A DNA stretch of 64,000 nucleotides, taken from the NCBI RefSeq assembly GCF_902652985.1, contig NC_047027.1, positions 34,038,001-34,102,000 of the forward strand, in the 5' to 3' direction. Under the pieces are notes generated by a model. That model made no database searches. It was not told the DNA's origin and saw nothing but the letters and a program-made list of their open reading frames with translations. The position numbers were made by a program, and so were the translations under genes. Position 1 is the first letter of the stretch. Each line of letters starts with the position of its first letter. This document shows, piece after piece, positions 1 to 13,100 of this stretch. The stretch is from Pecten maximus (lineage: Eukaryota).

Positions 1-1397
1 CATGTATATTCTGCTAAATAAAACATCAAAGGAGGTAGACGGATTACGTACGTGGACTCCAACGTCAACTACTGCTGAAATGACTGATATCTAATTGTTA
101 TATATATGTGTTGTATAAACTTTGACAAGGCATAGTTATTACAAAAATAAGTCGCTTACGTAAATGTGTGCTTAAACGTAAAAGGGTTTTCCCTGTTTTA
201 ACAATTTGATGTATGATGTTTCTACTATTAGAAATCAAAAACGGCTACATTTACATTGAGAGTCAATTACATGTGACATGCAGCTAGCCTGCATATATTA
301 GTGGGTGGAGTATAGCATCAATGACGTTCTTATATCCATCATTGCATTTAACATAACCACATTTAACGAAATATGCTAATCAATTGTAAATGATGACACA
401 GTAAACCCACATGTCGTGATAATATATTAACAAATTCTCACGATAGCACTTTTCCTTGATATAACTAATATTTCATTCCAATACATTTTCATGATGATCT
501 AAAGGTTGAGTCATAACAAAACTGAGACAATTAGATTGAAACGACAACCTAAACGCAATTAGGTTCAATGTCCCGGTCACCTTGGTCAGATTAGAAATAA
601 GTATGTATAACAAGCGTCTTGGAATTAATAAAAATGTCATTTTGACGGCGATGACATCAATGTATACTTCTCTGGGGGTAAACAGCTTTTTGTTAAAGCT
701 CGCACGTATATACATATCAATATGTTTTATTTTTTCATTATCTTATTGCATAAAGATAATAAATAACAAAGTAATTAAATATATACTTGACAACCATGTA
801 ATTTATCAACTTACACTTGGACGTGATTAACGTTCGAAATACATTTTTGTTGTGGCATCAGGTAGTTAATTTGTTTTTAAGGATCTGTGATATATTTTGT
901 TAACATGTTTATATATATATATATATATATATTTCCAGTATTAGTAACATTTAAATAACATTATATCTGGAAAAAAAACCCATTTTTATGTTCATGAAAT
1001 AGTTTATCACACCAACCATAAATTTTCTAAATAGGTTACACTTGCATGACATTATTTCAATCCATTAAATGATTGATAAGACTACTTAACAGAGGTTTGA
1101 AATTCTAATGAGGAAAATGAACCATCACTTCATCATCATTTTGGATAATATATCAGGGTGTCCATTACTTACACTAGCACACACCATGACATGATACGTC
1201 AAAAAACTATTGTAATGCGCGCTTAGAATATTATTCTACGAATGTTTGTGTGTGTGTGTTTAAGAATGATATCGCAGACAAGGATGTTTATCAAATTGTG
1301 AATATTTATAAGGTCGACGTCAAAGATGTGGACGTTTCGACAGCTGGCACAGACGTCGCGATTTTTAATGAGATCATGCTTTCGGCATCGCATACAG

Positions 1398-1404
1398 TAT
1401 AAAT
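1398..1404 (+). promoter_or_regulatory. Putative TATA box of the secreted Met/basic-rich protein gene
   Basis: TATAAAT ~120 nt upstream of the signal-peptide ATG at 1519. Confidence 0.4.
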
Positions 1405-1518
1405 TGTGGTAATCCTGAGCAGTACGCCATCGACGGGAACTATTGTTTAATGCTGTTTCATACTATATAGAGCAGCAAGTGTTTAGCTTAATCTATTATC
1501 GTTCATTTTTTCACGAAA

Positions 1519-4500
1519 ATGGATGTGCCATTTCTGTTTTCAATTTTGGTAACACTCCATATATCTGGTAAGTTTTTAAACCTTGTTATTCTAATGTAAA
1601 CAGTGAAATATTGAAAATAATATATTCTATAAAAGTGATATTTTTCTAATGAAAAATATTTCTTTTCCTTATATTTGTCACTTGTGAAATATATCATTTT
1701 TTCCTGATTAGACCAATCAAATCACTGTTGGCAAACGACAATGAAAGAAAAAAATCTGACCCGGTATTTTTTTTCTATAAAAAATGTGATAGATAGAATG
1801 TCTAACAATATCTTCCGTAATACCAAAAAGAGATTTCATTCGTTTTGCTAATTATATCATATATTGCTATTTTCCCATTCGTGCTGCGCATCAAAATATC
1901 AAAATATTAGCCTCACTCGAGAAATACATTTAGTATTACTGAAGAGAGTGTTAGATATCCTGTATATATTGCATTATATAAGCTACAGCACATGACGATC
2001 ATAACTGATGTTTTCTGACATTTCTTGTATTGTTGTCAAGGTTATGTTATTTCATGCCATGTAATGTCATGTCGTGTCATGTAATGTCAGTTTCTCCTCA
2101 TTTTATCAGTATTTAGATAGATTTGCGATTTTGTTTGCATGTCAGTATTTTTGGTGATTAGTTAGCTTTCTCAAATACTGTAAAATGAAAATATATACAA
2201 TATACATTTATGCAGTTTAACTCCTATATCTCGTTATTACAACTACAACCCATGCTTGCATGAAAATGAAGATTGCATCATACAAAGTTAGCATACAATA
2301 GCAATACTAATTTCCTTGATATTTAGAAAGTTTCTACTTGAGGCATTGCTACTTAGTACAATATGTATGAACTACTGCATAATTATAGCATTCAATTGTA
2401 TTTATTGTTGATAAAATTGAATAATTTCCATACTTTTAAGATACTGTTATTATAATCATGGTTAGTAAACAATAATATCATTTTCATTGATCGCTAGTTA
2501 AAATTAATTAATGTTGTTTTATTTCCAGGTGTCATGTCCATGACACCAATGATGCAAGGTATGAACGCTGATATTATGAAGGACATCATGAATCTTCGAC
2601 GAAAGATAAAGAACCACCAGAAGACACTCTCTAATAAAGGAACAGCCAAAGAGAGCAACAGCATACTGCCTGCAGCAGAGATTGCTATGCGAGAATTTTT
2701 CACGAATGATGGCAAAACTCCAGCGAGTACAAAGACGTCTGATAAGAAAAAATCATCAAAAAAAGATACAACAAGGAAAAATGTCAAAATACCAGATGTA
2801 CCTGCAACACTTAAAAATGTCGAAGCTTCACACACGAATACGGTTCCAGTTGAGAAGAAAGCAAATAATGCAATGAAATCGAAAAAGCTGTCAAAAAAGA
2901 CGAGTGAAACAAAAACCAAAGACCAAACTCCTCAGGAAAAAATTACAGGTCCATCTGATCAACAATCAAGTAGTAAAAGTGATACAACAGGTGCCACCGT
3001 TGCCAAGACGACAGCTAAGTCTACATCAACATCAACCAGGCGATCACGCAGGAGATCGTCAAGACGAAGGAAGTCTTCCAGAAAATCAAAACAAAATACC
3101 ACGCCATCGCCGAGAACAACAACACAAGCTAATCCTGCTGCAGCTGCGCCTACAGTTCCCAAGGCAACCGCCATTGATACGACTCCACCTGCTGCTGCAG
3201 CACAAGCGCCAGGACAATCAATGCGGACGACAATGACCCACTTATTTAGTGAAGGTCCAATGCTAATGGCATCAATGCTAGCGCAGGTATACCCGCAGTT
3301 AGTACGGCTGCTGGGTGGCGCCCGAAGTCAAAGGCCGATGATGGACCCTAATATGGCAGTAATGATGCACGAAGAACCATATTTCAATCAACCAACTATT
3401 CAAGGAGATGGGTTCGGCCAAGTTCATACAGCTAACCCGTCTAGACCTGGTCAACAAAGATCAACGAAGAAGTCATCATCGACTTCAAAAACTGTACAAG
3501 CTGGAACAAATCCTATGCAGATTTACATGCAAAGGGAACTGTGTTCCGAGACTCCCTCTAGATTTATTAGGATGTGCAAGACGACAATGGATTGTAAACA
3601 TAAGATGAAGTGCTACTCGGGATACTGCTGTGCTAGGAGCCATAGGCATGCTGAGATGCTCGGTAAGTGTCTTTCGTTTATTTGTCTCACCATTCCCGAT
3701 CATGTAGGTTTTGTTTCCTCCCACAGTAATACTCCTTGCGCGCTTCCATCCGAGGAAACAAGAGTGATTATAACTCTGATACTGTATGATACTTATGACA
3801 TTTTTTTATATTCAACGGAAAAACATTCAGAATCGTATGAATATCAATTATCTACAGCAGTTGCTAGGTATGCATAGCTCACAAACGGTATCAAAAGCGC
3901 ATCTGATTAAGAACACTACTGTATGTAGTAAAAAGGCAGAAAAAAACTTATTCCAACATAACCCTTATTCTAACTTATTATCGAAAGAAAGAGCGGAAAT
4001 TAACCAAATAATGTATAGATCTGCATAAAGACTCTTGAAATGTAAACGGAGAATAGAACCAGATGTACGGGAAGAGTAAGCGTCATCGGCTTCAACGGAG
4101 ACACCCGCGATACAAAGGTCGAGTTTGGGTTAAGCAGATCCTAAAATTGCTGTTGTGACATAGAGACTAGTGACTACTAGGCTGAATAGTTAGCATCATC
4201 GAATACGTCACGAACAATTTATCTTATATCGCTGTAGGACTAAGACATTATCAAACACATCTCGAACAATTTCATATCGTTTTAGGACTAATACATTGTC
4301 AAACAGGCTTCGAAAATTTATATACATCGCTCTAAGACAGGGAATATTTCAAAATCATTATATAAACCAGGAAAATGTGCTATTGTCCTCACAAATCTTC
4401 GTCCCCCCCCCCCCCCCCCGAAATCAAAATCTGCCTCGTTTGAATCCTTACCTGATTCCTATTCATTAATAGAAAGATCCGTTCGGATTGGTCGATATAA

Positions 4501-5094
4501 AATATTACTTATCTCTATAAATTGGTCATCACTAGTGATTTTGCCACATTGATGATAAATGTATTATCAAAAGTAGGTGATTTGTTATATGTGAAAGCCA
4601 GAATAGATATTTGTTCTCCTATATGCACGAATCGATTTACTTATTTGATAACGTTGATAATTTGCGATATTTCACCAGTCAAAATGTAAGAGGAGGTTGT
4701 GTATTGCGTCACATATACACTATATATTATATATATGTGACACGATACGGACGGGATGTAATGACTTGGTGTCCTTTACATCATGCTTACCAGTACTAAA
4801 AATCGATTTTTTTTCTTTTGCTGTCACACTAATGTCTTCAATCACAGTCCTTGTAAGAAGACCACACCCCTTGCATATCACTACACGTTCGCTAGTCGAA
4901 ACATATGATATAGAATCTGCTTTGATATTATCAATATTAAATTAAATTAAGATGTTCACACTATTATCGTAAGAAGTGTTTGAATATAAGAATAATTGTG
5001 TTATATCAGTGATTTGTTTACATTTTCAGACAACTTGCCTGAATACATCGACATGCCACGCCCACAGAGATCATGGAGAAGCTTTTTTAAATGA
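1519..5094 (+). CDS. Secreted low-complexity (Met/Lys/Ser/Thr/Arg/Ala-rich) protein with C-terminal 6-Cys module, ~415 aa; candidate matrix/structural protein
   Basis: Exons 1519-1567, 2529-3662 and 5030-5094 are joined by phase-1 GT-AG introns into 1248 nt in frame. N-terminus MDVPFLFSILVTLHISGVMS is signal-peptide-like. C-terminal module CSETPSRFIRMCKTTMDCKHKMKCYSGYCC; the protein ends ...RSWRSFFK*. AATAAA at 5356. Confidence 0.8.
1598..1965. mobile_element. Non-autonomous interspersed repeat with internal inverted repeat (diverged copy; same family as 8855-9146)
   Basis: Shares CAGTGAAATAT..TTCTATAAAAGTGATATTTTTC..GACCAATCAAA..GTATTACTGAAGA..GTTAGATATCCT with the 8855 copy. Confidence 0.6.
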
Positions 5095-8000
5095 GTCTAT
5101 CATTAAACTTGTTAATCGTCTCATCATAAACAGCAGTATCATTCACTATTTAATTCCATATAACCCGTGCTATTTTATATTGTGCGGCATAAACTATGCA
5201 GATGCTCTTATTTTATATTATGATAGTGCATATCTGCATACCTATTAGCATAATCGTGCTGAACAATTCCGAAGGACAAATTTGAACATAAATATGACTC
5301 ATACAGGCTTATACAGGCTTTTGCCTGTTGCCCCTATACCAATTGAATTTAATTCAATAAAGTCTTTGTGAAATTAAATTAACAAAACTGCAAGTATGCA
5401 CATATCATACTCGTATTCTATATGTACAGAAATTTAGCTTAGAATTAGCATTTACTTGTTTACATTTTGAGATGTCATGGGATCTCGGAGCTTGCAAGTG
5501 CCTTTTTATGTATAAATATTATAACTTAACAGTGTTGTCACTTTCTTCATCTTTCACATTATCTTATGTTTTCACATATCTGTCAATACATGTGATATCA
5601 TGCATCTGACCTCTTATAGCTATAATGTATATATGTAATGTTTGAAATCAACGCTGGTGATGTTTTAAATCATCTTAAAATAAATAATGATATCACTTGA
5701 TATATTCATATTATATATATATATATTAAGTCCGAATGTTAAATATCCAGGTCGCGACATTCTTGAAGAGTCAAACCTATTAAGAGCTGATGAGGTTTGA
5801 ATGTTTATGGCGATGAATTATGACAATTTTCCCAGTATTTAAATAGTTGCAAACATGAGGTTGAGTTACTATGTATATTTACACCAGTTACCTACGGAAG
5901 GACAAAAAGAAAATGATATTTGGAAGAGGAACGTGTTCAGCATAAAGCTCATGGTATAACTTGCCAGGGGAGGCCTACGGGAGATAAAGCAGTACTTGAA
6001 CACGACATAAAAAGAGAGAAGGAAAATGGGCGATTAGCACAGAATCCGCTAACGAGCATTTGGCCAGTAAACAAATACATATGGTCGGCCATTTCAACGA
6101 AATAATTTTATAGAATCTTCGTTTTGATTATATACATACTAGAGAATTTTCTACCAATATTCATATACAATATTCTTATATTCATATTCATACCTATACA
6201 TGTTTTATAAGCGTAATACATATTTTTTAATGTTTAAACATGAAGAAATGATATTTTGACGTCCCCGACAATATCTTTATCCAATGAATTATGTATTGTC
6301 CGTTCATTTTTTCTTGTCTCTTTATTGCGTCGCCTTTCACTGACTTCAACATCTTTCTTTTCGTATTTCCTATATACATTTATACATATATGTGGAATAC
6401 TAGCAAACATGACGTCATCAATGATAAAATTTTGAGCCAATTTCACGGTATAACTGTCATGCAGTATATGATTCCTGGAAAGGGTACACGATTATAACTA
6501 TTCAGATATAGAATGCATTTAACACACATCCAACCAATAAGATTTTGTATTTACCTGAGTATGTAAATTTCAGATAGAATTACTTATGATCATTGGCCAA
6601 TCCTAAGGAAGTCAAAAATAACATTTCCTGTTTTCGTATATAGTTTCTACCAATCAGTGACGTGTCCTGTATAATTTATTTTTGACCTATATTCAACGAT
6701 TCCTGGTATCAACTCCTTTATCTACATACATATACAAGGGGGTAACTGACAATTCCAGTAATGGGACAGTAAATGTACCTTTCTCCTCGTACTTTGGCGT
6801 AAGAACAGTAGGACAGTTGTAGCGTACGTCTGTCATTTCGGGATGTCCACCTGTCAATCATCTCGTGATAAATCACCCACTCATAGTCCACTTAACGCGG
6901 TAGTTGTCAGAAGATATTAACATAACACACTTGTCGTCAACTGACGAGTGACCAATCGTGAAATTGTTAATACTGACTGTACATAATGATAAATTGCCAA
7001 CACACAGCAGTACATACAAACATGAGATAACTATTTACATTTAATTTATTCTATGTTATATAATAATAGCTTATTGATAAGTTCCATACATGTTTTGTTA
7101 ACTTGTAATAAATATTAACGCCAGACTTCGTCATCGGTCGATATTTTTGAAGGTTAATAAACATTTTATCGACCTTATCAAAAGGCTATAATAGTTTTAA
7201 CATAGACTGTTTTATTCTCTAACAATCACGCAATGAATACAATCAGCACTTGTACATGTAATGATAGAGACTGATCTATGAAGCATTTATTAATATGTCA
7301 TTTTATATTTTAAACTCTACCCAATCATAAGAAAACTAATAGTACATTAAAATATATCTAATACACTAATTCTTATAATGTTTTGATATTCTAACAATCA
7401 AAGTTAATGCTGTCATGTCTTCAGATGCGTGCAAATTATCTTTTTCAATATAGAAACACAGTCAACTAGCGTTTTTACCAGCTTTTTTCACAGCCGGCCA
7501 ATACCACGTCTTAGCATGCATCACGTGACAAAATTTTAGCCAATCAGAAAGTGTGAAAATTATGATTTAATAATAAGTAGGATTAAACTAGAACGTCATT
7601 ATAGTAGGTCATACGTTATAATAGGAACTAAGGATATGATTACTTTTCGTTTTCATTTACTACTAGCAGAATAACAGTGATGTTTCATATATTTATTTAT
7701 CTACCTGTTAATTTATTTACTTTTATTAGTATTCAATATCAGTGTACATAGTAATTAGTTGATTCTCTGGTCGTCCTATTACAGCTGAGTGTACATAGCT
7801 CTACTAATCAACCTCTGATGTAGGTGAACGTTCTAGTGTCCGAAATGTCGGACACTAAATATAGACTAGTTTTGATATACATTATAAAGATACATAAATA
7901 GATAAAACATTGCGTAAGTCTAAAACAGACATTACATGGATCATATAGGAAGGTTTTTATAACTAATGATTGATGTTCACTTAGCTATAAAAAATCTACA

Positions 8001-8854
8001 CAGAGTAAGCTGTTTTCTGTTCCTTTTGATAGCGTTAGGGTCAAATGAGGACGGGCGTCAAACACAAGAGCGTACACATAGAAAACAGACAGATAAAACC
8101 GAGGAAGTTATCGATTTTTTTCTTTTGTCTTACAATGGACAGCAGATCAGTTTTGTTCTGAAAGCTGTCTGTAAGATTTTAATGCATTTGAATAGTGTGG
8201 CACAGATCAGGATATACCAGTATTAAAAATTCGTTACTGAAAATATTGAAATTTGTCTATTTATTGTTACTGAAAATATTAAAATGTATCTATTTATTGT
8301 AACTGAAAATATTGAAATTTATCTATTTATTGGTTTATTGCTCCTCTCTGTTCATATTTGCATATTTCGATTGATCTATTTATTGTTTATTATTTATTGT
8401 TCCCTCCGTTGAATTAACTCCTAGTTACACTATCTTCACTGTAAACCTTTAGCATTTATGACGTAATCTATCAGGACAAAACAGCTATATGATGCAGTTT
8501 GATTAATGTTTCGTTCCACTGTATCTAAAACTGATTTTTTTTATTATATATTGTAATAGGTTATAACCCATCATCCTCGATCTCCTTTAGGACCTTACAA
8601 TTAAAATCGTTCTTACGAAAACCTATAAAATTAATATAAACGACTTAATATGTAAAATGGCGACCATGATACATTTTAAAATCAACTGACAATGTTTCAC
8701 GTTTCTTAAACATTATTTTGCAATGCGTTTTATTTAACCAATTTCATTCTATCTATCAAGATTATTCATCGCTACCTCTTAATACGGAAAGTTGTTGATA
8801 GATTAACAACGCGCCTGCAATTGAACAAAAAATATTGTTATTTATTACATTTTT

Positions 8855-9146
8855 ACCAGTGAAATATCAAAAATTATTCATTCTATAAAAGTGATATTTT
8901 TCACTAGCATATTTTTCACTAGTGAAATTAAAAGTGAAAAATATCACTTTTGCTGATTTGACCAATCAAATTAATTATTAGAAAATACCAAAATAATTGA
9001 CCAATCAGAAAGCCCGACATAGCAGTGTCTTCAGTAATACCAAATATATTTCACTGTGCTGCGCACTCGTGAAAAACATCAAAATATTAGCCCCACTCGT
9101 GAAATATATTTGGTATTACTGAAGACACTGTTAGATATCCTCTATA
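8855..9146. mobile_element. Non-autonomous repeat with perfect 32-bp internal inverted repeat
   Basis: 9023-9054 CAGTGTCTTCAGTAATACCAAATATATTTCAC is the exact reverse complement of 9099-9130; second copy at 1598-1965. Confidence 0.65.
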
Positions 9147-9514
9147 TAATCAGAAATAACGTTTGACAGTTCCCATTGTGAAATTTACGGAACGCTGAAT
9201 ATAATCAAAGGTCCTAATTATCAATGTATGTAATTGTGTATCTGACATCTCTTTAAAAAAAATACAATCAGGCAGTTACATGTATAATTAATAACATCTA
9301 TCACAGTGACGTATTATGAAACTGACTTACAAACAACGTCATTATTAAACCCCATTGACAATACAGCTGTGTTCTACCAACACGTTAAAGGTTAATTTAA
9401 TCTATCCCGTACTGCTTGATTAAAAGTACAACCTTTAACACAGGTTCGTCACGGTCACAGGTCACATCGTTAACTACAAATCAACAACACAAGACGTTTT
9501 GATTGTAAATCATA

Positions 9515-9520
9515 TTTATT
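9515..9520 (-). terminator. Putative polyadenylation signal of gene A
   Basis: AATAAA on the minus strand ~680 nt past the stop codon. Confidence 0.35.
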
Positions 9521-10191
9521 ATATTACTTATATTTACATATATGCAATGATCCAACAACAAAGCCGTTGTTTGAATGTCCTTAAGACTGAAAGCTATAAC
9601 ATAATCATACCTTGTTATTATCAACACACGTATTAGCTGTAGTTATGCCTAACATACATTGCTGGATCATATGACATATGAACGCCACGCCCTTTAAACC
9701 TATCAACAACCAATGGCACAAACGATATCAAATTAAGAGTATCAATAGAAACAATATAAAGCGTCAATATAAACGACAAGAAATCTCGCGATTTGCTTTG
9801 GGTATATGTTTGATATCAACCGAAGAAGTTTTTAATGGGATTTGTTTTGCGTGTATTGTTTGATATTAGTAGATTCTATCATACCGTCCACTATAATGAG
9901 AAACAGAACATTTAAGTTTCATGCTTCCACTTATTATTGCTGAAAATAAAAAAAAAAAAAAATGAATATCAAATTATTGAAAATGCTGCGGTTTGAACAT
10001 TTTGTTTCGATTTTCAATATATTTTGAGGGAAAAGTGTATTTTATCATATGGTCATGAATGCACAAAAATGATGTTGTATTTACACTTAGGTGTTTTTAC
10101 TGAGACATAATCCTTGTTCACTTATCATCTGATGATTATCAGAGTATAATGCTTAGCAAACTAACACCAGCTGGCATCAACATTGTGAGCA

Positions 10192-13100
10192 TCATTTCTT
10201 CCCGATTACCGGAAGTCCAATGGCGTCTGTGCATGTATTAGATCGATACTGACAGCTCCCGACGACGGCGTCGAACACGAGATTATCCGGACATGGCCGA
10301 ATGTAGGTGTAGCCCTCCGAACAGCTGGCGAAGTAATGGCAGTTATCACAGGTATGGTAGTCACCGTTAGATCTGTGGTGACAGTCGTCTGCACTGCCGA
10401 TACAATCATCTAATGACAACAAAATGTATGGCTATAGTAAATATATCATGTGTATCTGACCTCGACATGAATTAGGATAATATGGCAAGATGTCGTCGCC
10501 AGCACGTCTGTATAGACCTTAAAATGGCATCATTTAGTTCTATATTTATCGAACAAGTTATATTGAAGAAAGGGCAAAACATACTGATGTCACTATATAA
10601 TTAAAGTAAAAGCCAGGTTTCGGAGGAGGTAGAAAGCCGGAGTACCCGAAGAAAAACAACCGGCCTACGGTCTGTACCTGGCAACTGCCTAATGTTTACC
10701 AGGGAGGTAATAAAACTTTTAAAATGCAAATAGCACAAGTAAAAGCAATACAAGTTTGGGCAGTACACAAAATCAAAAACACCCACAAAAGCCAATACAC
10801 TTCATTTGAATTTTTTATCTTTACTCTCTAAAAATTGATTGGCAACGAAACAGACCATGAAAAAGGTCAGGTACAAGCAGAATTCTTTCACACATATTTT
10901 GTTATGAACGATCACGATCTTACACAAATTTATATAAAAAAGACGTGGATTCAATAATACGCTCCAAATAAATCCAGAAGCCATGAGAAATTGAAAAATA
11001 AAATCCAAATTTCGAGATCTGAAGGACTGGATAATATCCATCCTATGGTTCCAAAGGAGACTTCCGATATACATGTAATATGCAGACCGTTATAAATATA
11101 TTAAACATATATTATATTGATACTGAGAAATTGGCCCAAGAAGTCTGAAATATGATTATGGTTAAAAAAGAATAAGAACCCCCCTTTTTGGCAGGAAATG
11201 GGTCATTAGTAAATTCCCAATGGAGCTCCATATCATGTACATTGTATCATGCATACAAAACATAAAAAGTGACGTCATTATATGTAACGACGATTTTGAT
11301 TGGGCACAATTCATCCAATGAAAGTTTCCGTCCAAGATTTCAAAATATTCATAATTTGTTACCAACTAAATTGCTTACTTCAAAAATATTTAACACATAC
11401 CAAAGTGTATTCACATTTTTCTTCGTAACATAAATTATCATTCACGTTGATATTTTGTCAATACACATTTTTCATGTTGGTACAAGATAAAGCATACTTA
11501 CGTGTAAGGGGCTTGTAGCTGGATGTTGTTGCAACATATGGCAGTCCTAAACATAGAACATCAGTGTTTGTTTACATTAAATATAAGTAACATATATTAA
11601 GATGATATTGACGTTATACCAAATCAGAAAACTATCTATAAAGACAGTTCCTAGCTTCAAAAGGAAATTGTTCAAGAAATATAACAAATTTCCCAATAAT
11701 TTTATTACACTTTATTTCTGAAGACAGTTCCAAGTTTCATTGGGAAATATTACAAGAAACATGGCAGACCTCATAACAATGTAATTGCGTTATATTTATA
11801 AAAACATATCCTAGTCCAACAGTTATATATCTCGAGAAACATGAACATCTTACTTGTTTGTATTTGCGCATTGACTATTTTTGTGATTATGCTAAATTTC
11901 ATATTCATGTACATTGATATGTTTTCATCTTCAAATATTACCTTTCATGTTGCGTTCGATTTTGGCCGATACATATCATATCTAGATATACTAACATATT
12001 TGATGGAATTTTTTATACATTTGAGATATACGAGCAGAAAATGTGTCAAATAAAAATAATGATAATTCAAGACATAAAAAATCAATAATAAATATAATCA
12101 ATATCCAACTTTTTTTTCTTTGTATATATACATATATTTTTTTTTCTTATTTTATTTTTAATTTCATATATTTTTTTTTGTCATTTTGTTGTCATTTTTC
12201 ATTTTTCTTTTTTTTTTTTTTTTAAGTTTTGACTTCATCGATATAAATGTGAAATGGTGTAATCAACTTGTACTTAAACTGTGTAAATGTTTTCGATACT
12301 AACTGTAACATTCCGGGAATGCCTTGTCGTCAGTCCACGTGTGAGTTGTAAGGTCACATCTTTTGTTGACCAGGAAGTCTCCAGTAGTAAAAGCCCACCC
12401 GTCCTTACATAAAGCCGTACACACCCTGGGATGATAGATACATACATATTACGACAGGGGATATAAATAGCTGAGAGGTTATCAACACAGTTATCTCCCT
12501 TCCAAGTTAACTTCCATAACATTAGATTATACAGCCAAACTTTGTTTTATCGAATTCTAATCATTCAGATATTTTCTCTAACTCCCAGAAAAAAACCAGT
12601 TTCGACAGTAGAAATGTTACATAAAGAAACTCGGTTATCTCGAATGCTCGGGATATCTCGATATTATTATTACCCCTACACTGACTTCGCGATAACAAAG
12701 GCCAACAATTACACATTCGAGTAAAGTTCTAATGATGCAAACGAAATGTATGTAAGGATAGCATATTTTTAAGATGCTGAAAGAGGAACGAGATATCTCC
12801 TTCGAGAAAGCAATATATAAATAATTATAAAGCGCATTTTTTTTTAAGTTAAAAAATATAACTATACCTTCAACTTTAATGTGCAGACCGATATATTAAC
12901 ATGATGAAGGTTATAATCAATTGGACTTTTACTTTTTAATTTTGATAAGAATGATTCCTTGAACATTTCGGAAAAGATCACACATTCAATAAGGTAACCC
13001 TGAGGAGGTCACCATTTTGATTTACCTACAGCGATGTGCCCCTGTCCTCACAGCTTATCACGCCATTTCTCGGAGGCAGCAGTGAGGAACACGTTGGTGA

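Noticed and set aside
3663-3877. C-terminal ~70 aa of the 447-aa ORF 2534-3877
   Set aside because: Intron read-through after the G|GTAAGT donor; the likely true C-terminus is exon 5030-5094
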